Origin: Octopus vulgaris
Taxonomy: Eukaryota
Assembly (NCBI GenBank): GCA_951406725.2
Contig: OX597833.1
Location: forward strand, 52,514,001-52,578,000
DNA: 64,000 bases
Direction of reading: 5' to 3'
Position numbers and translations under genes: made by a program
The notes under the pieces: generated by a model
What the model was told of the DNA's origin: nothing
The model's database searches: none
Seen by the model: the letters and a program-made list of their open reading frames with translations, nothing else
Shown here: piece by piece, positions 1-13,124 of the stretch
How the letters are laid out: each line of letters starts with the position of its first letter
Numbering within the stretch: the first letter of the stretch is position 1

Positions 1-210
1 ATGGTTGAAGGAATTTGGGACTGACGGAAATTCAGACAGGATAATACAGAAAAACCACACTGCTAGGAACCACAAGGATCCCAAGGAAAGTGTTTGAAAA
101 CTGAGCTGAGGAAAGAATCCCACAGGAGAATTATTCACTGGTTGTGTCTCGTTCCTTGGACTGTGAAAGTGATACATGATCTATGTGCGATATGGATATA
201 ATTATAATAA
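1..210 (+). mobile_element. 3' end of Dong/R4-clade non-LTR retrotransposon (degenerate)
   Basis: With one extra A removed, 44-104 reads IQK-TTLLGTTRIPRKVFEN*, matching the IQKxxLLGTxxILRxxL C-terminus of R4/Dong RLE proteins; followed by a short UTR and ATAATAAT tail. Confidence 0.6.
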
Positions 211-444
211 TGTCTGAGAAATCACTGGCCACGTATTCTGGGGCAGGATGTTAACGATTTAAACGACTTCAGCACTTGACATCTACTTAATTTACCTTCC
301 CCGGAAGGACGAATGCGTTAAAGAACGGGTTAAACCCTTTGCCCCCCTGGTGAGAGCTGAACTAAAATTGTATAAGATCCTAACTAAAAACCGGAAGGCA
401 TTTTGTTCACTGCTTTAACGATTCTGTTGTCGATTACCTTAATG

Positions 445-800
<356 letters not shown>

Positions 801-801
<1 letters not shown>

Positions 802-995
802 GGTTCAAATTTTGCCACAAGGGCAAACATTTTGGGGGAGGAGGTGTGTTGATTATATCGGCCCCAGTGTTCAGCTGGGTCTTATTTTATCGACCCTGAA
901 AGGATGAAAAACTAAGCTGACCACAGCAGAATTTGAACTCAGGACGTAGCGACGGTCGAAATACCGCTAAGCATTTAGCCCGGCGTGCTAACGAG
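801..995 (-). mobile_element. Nin-domain SINE (family A), partial
   Basis: Reverse complement of the family A body (ctgagttcaaattc...tcatcctttc..ggtcgataaa). Confidence 0.75.
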
Positions 996-1013
996 TATTT
1001 CAGCTCAGCGCGT

Positions 1014-1014
<1 letters not shown>

Positions 1015-1061
<47 letters not shown>

Positions 1062-1095
1062 CGATGATGATGATGATGATGATGATGATGACGAC

Positions 1096-1136
<41 letters not shown>

Positions 1137-1173
1137 CGATGATGACGATGATGACGATGATGACGATGATGAC

Positions 1174-1224
<51 letters not shown>
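1015..1224. repeat. (GAT/GAC)n microsatellite
   Basis: Direct inspection; the source of the poly-D and poly-M ORFs. Confidence 0.95.
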
Positions 1225-2076
1225 ATATTTTAGTTACAAGATCTACATTTTTTAGTAGAACAGATTCGTCGATACTGGCGACCTCATTCTGCGACTGGAA
1301 CTTTATTTTATTGATCCTGAAAGGATTAAAAGGATGGTCGACTTCAGGGGAATTTGAACTCAGAATGTAAATTGTCTTAAAAAGACTACGAACTATTTCT
1401 TCTGATGCTCTACCGATTGTGCGACAGGTCTATGCCTTTGAATTACAACTACAATCCATCCTATGAGTTTCACGCAATTTCTGTCTACCCAATTTCACTC
1501 AGATGGCCTTGGTTGGCCCGAGGTAACAGAGAAAGACATTTATCCAAGATGACCTGCAAAGGGATGGAATCCCAGATCTCGTAATGGCGAAGCTAACTTC
1601 TTAACTATTTGGTAAAGCTGCGTCCAGGATTCAACTTCAACCTCAACAAATTTTAGCAAGAACTGAAGTAATACGAAAATCTATGGAACGTTAACAAATA
1701 AGAAGAGAATATTTTGATAAGGAATATCGACAATGAATAGAAAAAACCCGCAATCGAGAATGTTCCACATAAGAATCGCAGCACCTGGACAGTATTTGGA
1801 AGAAAAAACAAATGAAGAAGAAGCCGCAAAACACTACAGAAAATGAGCTATTGGTGAACAATAGGAAATGATGACGAACCAAGTTTCTTGTTAAAATATC
1901 TATAAGAATACACAAAGTATGTGCAAACATATTCCATGATAAATGATAATACAGAAAACTCTACACGGAAGAGAAAAAGTCTCCTAATTCCTGAGTGTGG
2001 CGAAATAGCTATCGCTGTCTAGCTAACAAGTTTCCTTCGTAACTAAATGTTTGGGGATTTGGTGCCGCTCTAAGAA

Positions 2077-2456
2077 GCACTCCGTCGGTTACGACGACGA
2101 GGATTCCGGTTGATCCGAATCAACGGAACAGCCTGCTGGTGAAATTAACGTGTAAGTGGCTGAGCACTCCACAGACACGTGTACCATTAACGTAGTTCTC
2201 GGCGATATTCAGCGTGACACAGAGAGTGACAAGGCCGGCCCTTTGAAATACAGGTACAACAGAAATAGGAAGTAAGAGTGAGAGAAAGTTGTCGTGAAAG
2301 AGTACAGCAGGGATCACCACCATCCCCTGCCGGAGACGTAGTGGAGCTTTAGGTGTTTTCGCTCAATAAACACTCACAACGCCCGGTCTGGGAATCGAAA
2401 CCGCGATCCTATGACCGCGAGTCTGCTGCCCTAACCAACTGGGCCATTGCGCCTCC
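2077..2456 (-). mobile_element. tRNA-derived SINE family B (OR-like), full length
   Basis: Head ggaggcgcaatggcccagttggttagggcagc with A/B boxes; 15-bp TSD tttggtgccgctcta at 2058-2072 and 2464-2478; near-identical to 32816-33193. Confidence 0.9.
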
Positions 2457-3276
2457 ACGAGGGTTTGGTGCCGCTCTATGAAACCGTTGGCAAGCAACTT
2501 TTACGGTTGCATCGGGTCGACTAAAGCCTTGTGAACTATATTTGATAGACAATATCTGTGTAGCAATCCGTCGTAGAAACCACCCGGTATTTGAGTGGCT
2601 TTCTCGAAGTCCAGTCTATTACAGACATACAAGTCGGATACAGTGAGGGTTACTATCAAATAAGGGTCATAAGCACTGCGCTTCTACCCCTGACTAAGCG
2701 ATTAAAAGAATAAAAAAAACAAGCCTGACGAAACTCTAAGCCCCGAAATCTGGTGACACTTAAATTGCCTACGTCATAAAAAGCTTTAACTGTAAAATAT
2801 AAAGAAAGGGCACTAAAACAGTTCGTATGGTTGCAGACAACAATTATTGATTAATATTGCTATTCACAAAGAATGTAGGAGAAAGAAGAAATTGAGGCTT
2901 TAGTCAGAACACAAGAGGTTCAAAATTCACGACAGATCTTTCAGTAACATTTTATTGATGCATTCTAAGTTTAAATCATGGCCAAAACCCGCCATCGTCA
3001 GGTAAATTTTAGAAATATAAACACTTAAGGAAGAAATAGTGGATGACCAGGTCTCCAACAACTACATATCATGCAGTGACAGCGTTAGGAAATTTTGGCG
3101 CGAAATTGGGATTCCGTAAAGAAAAATCTGTTTCTCACAGACTCCAAAAGAGCATGAAAATCAATAGAAAATTGGTTTGACGTTACGGAATTTCCCTTAT
3201 CGAAGCCCGTTCAGGGGTGCAGCGCTTCCGTAACGCAGTGTATGCCTGTATATATTTGAGTGTATTGCGTAAAACT

Positions 3277-5400
<2,124 letters not shown>

Positions 5401-5757
5401 TATGTAAAAACTGATCGTGTTTTCTTTGCCGTTCACCCCTTAAATCCAGGCTGGTAGGTACATATCCCCGTCACTCCAGTAACAAGGGTTATAAGCTGAA
5501 CGTTATTCCAGTGCAGATTTTGCAAGTACCTTTTACTCTGGTCCACAACTGTCTTCTTTCCTTTTTTCTTTTTCTTACAACATCTACATCACGTGACCAT
5601 CTGACTTCTATAACACATGATGTTCATATTTTAGCGCTTCAAACAAGAATATAAATTAGCTTCGATGTTAGCTTGGTTGTTGTTTTTATTTTATTCTTAA
5701 ATATCACCAATAATCTTTTGCTTATTATATTCCAATATATTCATCTTTATTTGTTAA

Positions 5758-6140
5758 CTAGCAGTATCGCCCGGCGTTGCTCAGGTTTGTAAGGGAAATA
5801 ACTATAAAGCATTTTTAGAGAGTTATAGCCAAAAAGCAGCAAAAAAATGGAAAAAAATGATGGTAAATTTTTTTTTTTAGTTAAAAAGGTGGAGTTGCGT
5901 CCCCTAGACAGTTTGTGGTTCGTGTTTCTGATTGTCGACCCCATGTCGAATTTATCGATTTTTTTCAGAACTGGGGGAACTTTTCAAAATTTTCGCTGCG
6001 TTAGTTTTGAATTATGGCATTGGGCTATGTGTGTGTCAAGTTTCATCAGAATCGGTTGAAAGCCGTGGTCAGGGTGAGGGTACAAGCAAACAGACACACA
6101 GAAACACGCACAGACAAACTGCCGTTTATATAGAGAGAGA
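5758..6140 (-). mobile_element. Non-autonomous Helitron
   Basis: Minus strand begins TCTCTCTCTATATAAA and ends with a GC hairpin (cctgagcaacgccggg) then CTAG; inserted between A and T with no TSD; terminal ~65 bp shared with three other copies. Confidence 0.75.
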
Positions 6141-6371
6141 TATCTTCTTCCCTTCTTTCTCTATCCCACTTTGCTCTAGCTATCTTACCTTTGCTCAAGC
6201 TACCTTATCGTGCTGTATAAGAAGATAGTATCTAAAGAATATTCTTTGGTGGTTGGCAATCTGGTGATTAATGTTTGCGGTTTTGGTTGGGCAAAGCCCG
6301 CAAGTTATCATTTCATTATTCTTTTTTGTTTTCGTGTAGAGTTCTTTCATCATAGAACTGCACGTGTTCTA

Positions 6372-6557
6372 GGCGCAGGTGTGGCCGTGTGTTAAGTAGC
6401 TTGCTTACCAACCACATGGTTCTGGGTTCAGTCCCACTGCGTGGTACTTTGGGCAAGTTTCTACTTCTACTATAGCCTTAGGCCGACCAAAGCCTTGTGA
6501 GTGGATTTGGTAGACGGAAACTGAAAGAAGCCCGTCGTATATATGTATGTGTATATG

Positions 6558-6594
<37 letters not shown>

Positions 6595-6800
6595 CTGTGT
6601 GTCTGTGTTTGTCCCCCCACCCAAAATCGCTTGACAACCGATGCTGGTGTGTTTACGTCCACGGCAAAAGAGACCGATAGAATAAGTACTAGGTTTACAA
6701 AAAATAAGTCCTGGGGTCGATTTGCTCGACTAAAGGCGGTGCTCCAGCATGGCCGCAGTCAAATGACTGAAACAAGTATAAGAGTAAAAGAGTAAAGAGA
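6372..6800 (+). mobile_element. SINE family C (tRNA head, CORE-like tgggcaagt, internal microsatellite, CR1-like tail)
   Basis: ggcgcaggtgtggccgtgt...ggttcagtcccactgcg...internal (TA)/(TG)...ggcggtgctccagcatggccgcagtcaaatgactgaaacaagt plus agagtaaa repeats; many copies in the window. Confidence 0.85.
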
Positions 6801-7208
6801 GTGTTAACAGATATCGTGTAAAGAGAGAAGACATTCTCTGATCACAAAATATAACGGCGATGTCAGCAGGTTCGATGCTGTGAGAACGTATGGAGAGGTA
6901 AAAAGATACATTGTCAGTTTTCTCGCTGTTCTGCGTGCATTCCATGAATTATTATTAGTTTGAAAGACATCAGGACGCACCAGAAAATAAGTTGTTTGCT
7001 GATTTCGATGAACAAGAACCAATAATTTTATAGATTCACTGAACTGGTGGTAGCTTTCTTTGAGGAGACAGACAAGAAGGTCGAAACACCTTGATGCCTC
7101 AAAATCTTACATTGAATAGTATCCCTTTATGAAACTAAGTCGTCTAAAGGGAGGACATGTTCTCCAGAGGCCAAATACAATATTGATCAGCATATACACG
7201 TTCGGATT

Positions 7209-7992
7209 GACGGCGAGCTGGCAGAAACGTTAGCACGTCGGGCGAAATGCGTAGCCGTATTTCGTCCGCCGCTACGTTCTGAGTTCAAATTCCGCCGAGG
7301 TCGTCTTTGCCTTTCATCCTTTCGGGGTCGATAAATTAAGTACAAGTTACGCTCTGGGGTCAATGTAATCGACTTAATCTGTTTGTCTGTCCTTGTTTGT
7401 CCCCTCTATGTTTAGCCCCTTGTGGGTAATAAAGAAATAGGTATTTTGTCTGTCGTTACGTTCTGAGTTCAAAATACCGCCGAGGTCGACATTGCCTTTC
7501 ATCCTTTCGAGGTCGATAAATTAAGTATAAGTTACGCTCTGGGGTCAATGTAATCGACTTAATCCGTTTGTCTGTCCTTGTTTGTCCCCTCTATGTTTAG
7601 CCCCTTGTGGGTAATAAAGAAATAGGTATTTCGTCTGTCGTTACGTTCTGAGTTCAAATTCTGCCGATGTCGACATTGCCTTTCATCATTTCGAGGTCGA
7701 TAAATTAAGTACAAGTTACGCTCTGGGGTCAATGTAATCGACTTAATCCGTTTGTCTGTCCTTGTTTGTCCCCTCTATGTTTAGCCCCTTGTGGGTAATA
7801 AAGAAATAGGTATTTTGTCTGTCGTTACGTTCTGAGTTCAAAATACCGCCGAGGTCGACATTGCCTTTCATCATTTCGGGGTCGATAAATTAAGTACAAG
7901 TTACGCTCTGGGGTCAATGTAATCGACTTAATCCGTTTGTCTGTCCTTGTTTGTTCCCTCTATGTTTAGCCCTTTGTGGGCAGTAAAGAAAT
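7209..7992 (+). mobile_element. Nin-domain SINE (family A) with three extra tandem ~184-bp body copies
   Basis: Units start at 7257, 7441, 7626 and 7810; Nin motif gaggtcgac.ttgcctttcatcctttcg.ggtcgataaattaagta; TSD atata(c/t)acgttcggat at 7192-7207 and 7993-8008. Confidence 0.9.
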
Positions 7993-8453
7993 ATATATAC
8001 GTTCGGATATGCCAAATTCTATTAAGAGAAATACATACCTCATTGTTTGCGTTCTCACACCTCTTGAAATATTATCAATTTCGCAGCCATCAGCAGGCAA
8101 ATGATTTTTCTGTAGATATCTATAAACAAGGGTGAGTACTCTTTTTAACGCATTGATCTAAGGAGGTCGTTGACTGTATAGAGACACATAATACGGTTCA
8201 AAATTCACCTTATATCAGTTAATCAACTGTGTTATGAACACACATCGTCTAGAAGAAGAAAATGTTCCCTGATGAGAAAATAGAACTGTGATTTAACGTA
8301 TTCATGTTCGAATCTGCCAGTGCGTATTAAGAAAGAATAGATACGTTTTGTTTGGAATCTCGCTGTTCTGCGTGCACCTCATCAAGTATTTGGTGAGGCT
8401 TTCTTTCGCAGTGGTAGCTTTCAAGCTGTGAGGCTCTTTATAGGTGTATGTAC

Positions 8454-8491
<38 letters not shown>

Positions 8492-9086
8492 ATGTGTGTG
8501 CGATTGTGTGTTTCTGGGCAAGGTAAATTTTTTTCCTTCGTTTTACCACAAACCAAGCACTGTTTGACTCAACTAACATTCCAACGTCTGTGGAATACGC
8601 AGTATGAAGTATAATTATATTATTTGGCTATACACACACATGCGAACGCGTGCACACACACACACACAAGCATACAGACGCAAGCACACATACGCAAGCA
8701 CACATATATACACACACGCACATACACATGCACATAAATATGCACATACAAAAATCGTAGAATACCTGCATATGTATCATATAATTTTTCCCCTCTCTCC
8801 TCCTATTTCCCCATTATATATATATATATATAAGTTTAACAATTAAGGATAATCTCTTAATAAGGGATCTTAACAAGAAATTATCGGGTAGCTAGCGTGA
8901 AAACCTCATAAAAGAATCCGAAAATAATTTTTTTCTTTTGAACAAATTAATTATATCTATATTGTATAGAGGGCATTATTACACATAAATGCCTCACACT
9001 AGGAGGGACAAAGTCATTACTACCAAAATTATACTAATCATACCCAAATGCAGTTTTTCAAAGCAAGACATTTAAAAAATGAATTT

Positions 9087-9144
9087 AGTTCTGTATCACC
9101 GTGATTTCACATACAACTTGCGTCTAATGATCGTCAGCAGAACT
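9087..9144 (-). ncRNA. Type I hammerhead ribozyme motif (family 1, copy 1)
   Basis: Reverse complement: AGUUCUG-CUGACGA-stem II (U.U first pair, CAU/AUG, GAC-GCAA-GUU)-GAAA-UCACGGUGA-UA-CAGAACU. Confidence 0.75.
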
Positions 9145-9566
9145 GATTCTGAACACATCATAAATAAACTACCAACCTTACGTAGCGAAGACGAACAGAC
9201 AACTGCTCACTCCGGCCAAGCACATGGAATGTTTATAAATCATATATCCGGTAAATGGCGGGCTTTTTACGAACTGCATGTCGGGTAATGAAAAGTATTT
9301 CAGAATAAGTTTAACAATTAAGGATAATCTCTTAATAAGGGATCTTAACAAGAAATTATCGGGTAGCTAGCGTGAAAACCTCATAAAAGAAAAGAATCCG
9401 AAAATAATTTTTTTCTTTTGAACAAATTAATTATATCTATATTGTATAGAGGGCATTATTACACATAAATGCCTCACACTAGGAGGGACAAAGTCATTAC
9501 TACCAAAATTATACTAATCATACCCAAATGCAGTTTTTCAAAGCAAGACATTTAAAAAATGAATTT

Positions 9567-9624
9567 AGTTCTGTATCACCGTGATTTCACATACAACTTG
9601 CGTCTAATGATCGTCAGCAGAACT
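9567..9624 (-). ncRNA. Type I hammerhead ribozyme motif (family 1, copy 2)
   Basis: Identical to 9087-9144, 480 bp further along. Confidence 0.75.
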
Positions 9625-10153
9625 GATTCTGAACACATCATAAATAAACTACCAACCTTACGTAGCGAAGACGAACAGACAACTGCTCACTCCGGCCAAG
9701 CACATGGAATGTTTATAAATCATATATCCGGTAAATGGCGGGCTTTTTACGAACTGCATGTCGGGTAATGAAAAGTATTTCGGAATAAGTTTAACAATTA
9801 AGGATAATCTCTTAATAAGGGATCTTAACAAGAAATTATCGGGTAGCTAGCGTGAAAACCTCATATGAGGTTTTCACGCTAGCTACCCGATAATTTCTTG
9901 TTAAGATCCCTTATTAAGAGATTATCCTTAATTGTTAAACTTATTCCGAAATACTTTTCATTACCCGACATGCAGTTCGTAAAAAGCCCGCCATTTACCG
10001 GATATATGATTTATAAACATTCCATGTGCTTGGCCGGAGTGAGCAGTTGTCTGTTCCTCTTCGTGGCCCCTAGTGGGTAATAAAGAAATAGACCATTGTC
10101 TGTTCGTCTTCGCTACGTAAGGTTGGTAGTTTATTTATGATGTGTTCAGAATC

Positions 10154-10211
10154 AGTTCTGCTGACGATCATTAGACGCAAGTTGTATGTGAAATCACGGT
10201 GATACAGAACT
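10154..10211 (+). ncRNA. Type I hammerhead ribozyme motif (family 1, copy 3)
   Basis: agttctg ctgacga tcattagacgcaagttgtatgt gaaa tcacggtga ta cagaact; predicted AUA cleavage after 10204. Confidence 0.75.
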
Positions 10212-10627
10212 AAATTCATTTTTTAAATGTCTTGCTTTGAAAAACTGCATTTGGGTATGATTAGTATAATTTTGGTAGTAATGACTTTGTCCCTCCTAGT
10301 GTGAGGCATTTATGTGTAATAATGCCCTCTATACAATATAGATATAATTAATTTGTTCAAAAGAAAAAATTATTTTCAGATTCTTTTCTTTTATGAGGTT
10401 TTCACGCTAGCTACCCGATAATTTCTTGTTAAGATCCCTTATTAAGAGATTATCCTTAATTGTTAAACTTATTCCGAAATACTTTTCATTACCCGACATG
10501 CAGTTCGTAAAAAGCCCGCCATTTACCGGATATATGATTTATAAACATTCCATGTGCTTAAGTGAGCAGTTGTCTGTTCGTCTTCGCTACGTAAGGTTGG
10601 TAGTTTATTTATGATGTGTTCAGAATC

Positions 10628-10685
10628 AGTTCTGCTGACGATCATTAGACGCAAGTTGTATGTGAAATCACGGTGATACAGAACT
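10628..10685 (+). ncRNA. Type I hammerhead ribozyme motif (family 1, copy 4)
   Basis: Same motif 474 bp after copy 3; predicted cleavage after 10678. Confidence 0.75.
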
Positions 10686-10842
10686 AAATTCATTTTTTAA
10701 ATGTCTTGCTTTGAAAAACTGCATTTGGGTATGATTAGTATAATTTTGGTAGTAATGACTTTGTCCCTCCTAGTGTGAGGCATTTATGTGTAATAATGCC
10801 CTCTATACAATATAGATATATATATATATATATATATATAAT

Positions 10843-10882
10843 GGCGGTGTATCAGCATGGCCACAGCTCTGAGCAGAAACTT

Positions 10883-10885
<3 letters not shown>
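10843..10885 (+). mobile_element. Isolated CR1-like LINE/SINE 3' tail in (TA)n
   Basis: ggcggtgtatcagcatggccacagctctgagcagaaac resembles the tails at 21660-21700 and of SINE family C. Confidence 0.55.
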
Positions 10886-10943
<58 letters not shown>

Positions 10944-11003
10944 TTAATTGAAAAGCATTTATCAGAAAGAAGCCCACCCTAAAAAATATTCTATGTCTTG
11001 GAC

Positions 11004-11067
11004 ATAGAGTAACCAAAGGCTTCGCATACACAAAGCAAAGCCTTGCGAACAGCTCGTCAGACTCTAT
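11004..11067 (-). ncRNA. Degenerate type I HHR in the Neptune 3' UTR (family 2)
   Basis: Reverse complement: AUAGAGU-CUGACGA-GC...GC-GAAG(A to G)-CCUUUGG-UU-ACUCUAU. Confidence 0.6.
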
Positions 11068-11135
11068 ATAAATACAAAATTTAAAATACGTACGTCACAT
11101 ACGCGATGAAGCGCTCAGAGCTCGAGGAATAAGTC

Positions 11136-12159
11136 TTAACAAGAAAACGTTAATGAGGGCCGGTTTCTCCTCTGAATCAAAGGGAAAAAAGCCCTTATAG
11201 ATCCAAAGAAGCCTATGGGAGATCCAATTTTCCAGTAAGTAGCGCTTGAAGTTGATACATTTAGAAAATGCTTTTTACGACTTTTTAATGTGCCAGGTTT
11301 CTTATAGTCCTTAAGAATTTTGGCTCTCTCCGCGATACAGATCTTGCAACGGCCACTTCTATTAATATACGAGCCCGGATGATCAATTAATTTCTCCCTT
11401 ATATCACACGGAGTCCTTTGATCTTTGAGGTGCCATACATGGCGGGCCAGGGACGTGGCTAACTCTTTCCGGGACTCTGAATGATGACTGGTGATTAAGT
11501 AAGAAAACGTCACTTGAACGAAGTACTCGCAGAACCAATACATTTATTTACACACGTAAGATGTGTCCCTATTCGCATCACTGGAAACATACGGCGCGGG
11601 GCTGGTCCTCCTGTCGTTGTCAAAGATAAATATTTGGTCATCTTCTGAGGTGGCGGAACTGGGAACAGCGGATACCTCCTCCAAGTCGCTGATCCTGGAT
11701 AAGTCATTATTTCGAGGTGCGGCGTTTGTACTGGTGGTAACATATATTGCGGGCTTGGTCAATCTATCTGTTTCTATGGTTTGTTCAAAATCCGTGGCTT
11801 TGTCACCGGGGTCTTCAGGGACGCTTTCTATGATGCTGATCCCGGATTGGTCATTATCTCTGGGCGTGGCAAATGTATTGGGGTGAGAACTGCTTAATCT
11901 GCAAATAATATTGCTGTCTGATGGTACATTACTGTTGTTGTGGATATCAGGTCTGGGTTTCAGCATAACTTCATAGATGACCCCTTCAGCTTCGCATCGG
12001 CCTCCTACTGGACAGTTATTATATTCTCTGAAAGAGCAACCTGCCTCCTCCATTTTATTGTGGGTACTTACTAAAATGTATTTTTTATGACAGGTGCACA
12101 ACTGAAGGAGACTCTTGGGTTCTGTTTGTTAAATGAATGCCTGTATCTATGTGTGTGCA

Positions 12160-12198
<39 letters not shown>

Positions 12199-12470
12199 GA
12201 GAGAGAGAGAGACAGAGACAGAGAGAAACGTTTTTCTATGAATCTAAGGAAAATCTTCCCCACACAGGTTTTGAAATTCGGTGAGAAGAGTGGAGCAAAC
12301 GAAACCACATTTCTGCGGCGCTTCCTTTTCCGGCTGCTAGGGCCTGGCATGTAGGGGATGCTGTCCTTAAACCCACTCGATGACAGTGCCTCATCGTAGT
12401 AGGGGGTAGCGGCGTCGAAAATAGCTTGGCTTGAGGAAAAATTGTAGATCCTCTTGTTTATCCGGCCGCC
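11136..12470 (-). pseudogene. Disrupted PLE polyprotein C-terminus (GIY-YIG endonuclease)
   Basis: Pieces lie in ORFs 12147..12350, 11544..12101, 11510..11743 and 11136..11543; frameshifts plus a microsatellite at ~12150-12225. Confidence 0.8.
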
Positions 12471-12543
12471 TCGTCAATAACACACGGACACACATACTCG
12501 TGCTCTCGATCGAACTAGTATTATATATATATATATATATATA

Positions 12544-12847
12544 CTAGCAGTATCGCCCGGCATTGCTCGGGTTTGTAAGGGAAATAACTATATAAGCATT
12601 TTTAGAGAGTTGCTTCCCTTATATAACCCGAGCAAAAATCATTAAAAATGCGGAAAATGATGGTAATTTTTTTAAAATCGTAGACTCATCGTAGACGCGC
12701 GCTAATACCCAGAAGGGCTCGATATGAATGACGACTATAAGATACCCGCTTTTGGTTAAATTGCACCGCAAAGTGTGAGAGTAGTTAGGAATTTAACACG
12801 GAGGAGACAGAGTCTCACACACACAACTTCAATTTTATATATAAAGA
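12544..12847 (-). mobile_element. Non-autonomous Helitron
   Basis: Minus strand 5' TCTTTATATATAAA; 3' hairpin cccgagcaatgccggg then CTAG; A|T insertion site. Confidence 0.8.
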
Positions 12848-12919
12848 TATAACCTCTCGTATGCAATTCAAAGTTTGTTATATTCTATCAGTTACCCTTC
12901 TCAAAAATATATTAGACAT

Positions 12920-13055
12920 AAATTCCGCCGAGGTCGATTGTGCTTTTCGTCTTTTCAGAGCCGATGAAATAAGTACCAGTTAAGCACTGAGAATGATATA
13001 ATCGACAAGTCCCCTCTCCGAAAATGTCAGGTCTTGTGCCTATTGTAGAAAGGAT
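12920..13055 (+). mobile_element. Family A SINE, 5'-truncated
   Basis: aattccgccgaggtcgattgtgcttttcgtcttttcagagccgatgaaataagtaccag. Confidence 0.7.
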
Positions 13056-13124
13056 GTATTAGACTTAAAGAACTGTGTACTAAATGATGTAAAGTTAAAA
13101 TTACCTTCACGAGTGATACCGATT

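Larger units (their letters stand above)
8832..10820. mobile_element. Palindromic array of ~480-bp HHR-containing units (retrozyme-like or non-autonomous PLE pLTR array) in (TA)n
   Basis: Left arm units start at 8832, 9307 and 9787; palindrome centre cctcat|atgagg at 9864/9865; right arm holds ~2 inverted units; (TA)n on both flanks; no credible ORF. Confidence 0.85.
10942..12515 (-). mobile_element. 5'-truncated Neptune-type Penelope-like element (RT thumb, Cys linker, GIY-YIG endonuclease, 3' UTR with HHR)
   Basis: Stitched minus frames give INKRIYNFSSSQAIFDAATPYYDEALSSSGF..RKRKRRRNVVSFAPLFSPNFKTCVGKIFLRFIEKRF..FNKQNPRVSFSC..HN..CSFREYNNCPVGGRC..GVIYEV...KCIGSASTSFK..TSLARHVWHLKD..RCKICIAER; frameshifted; (TA)n on both flanks. 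Confidence 0.85.

Noticed and set aside
1640-1980. Possible Dong/R4 N-terminal coding relic
   Set aside because: Purine-rich and vaguely protein-like, but many stops and no reliable motif.
3181-3236. 10-bp inverted repeat cgttacggaa/ttccgtaacg
   Set aside because: Too short and isolated to assign a function.
7209-7992. CRISPR-like regular array
   Set aside because: No unique spacers, eukaryotic context, and the units are SINE bodies.
9079-10614. Duplicated 69-aa and 60-62-aa ORFs in the 480-bp units
   Set aside because: Short, motif-free, and repeated only because the unit is repeated; the 69-aa ORFs run antisense to the ribozyme.
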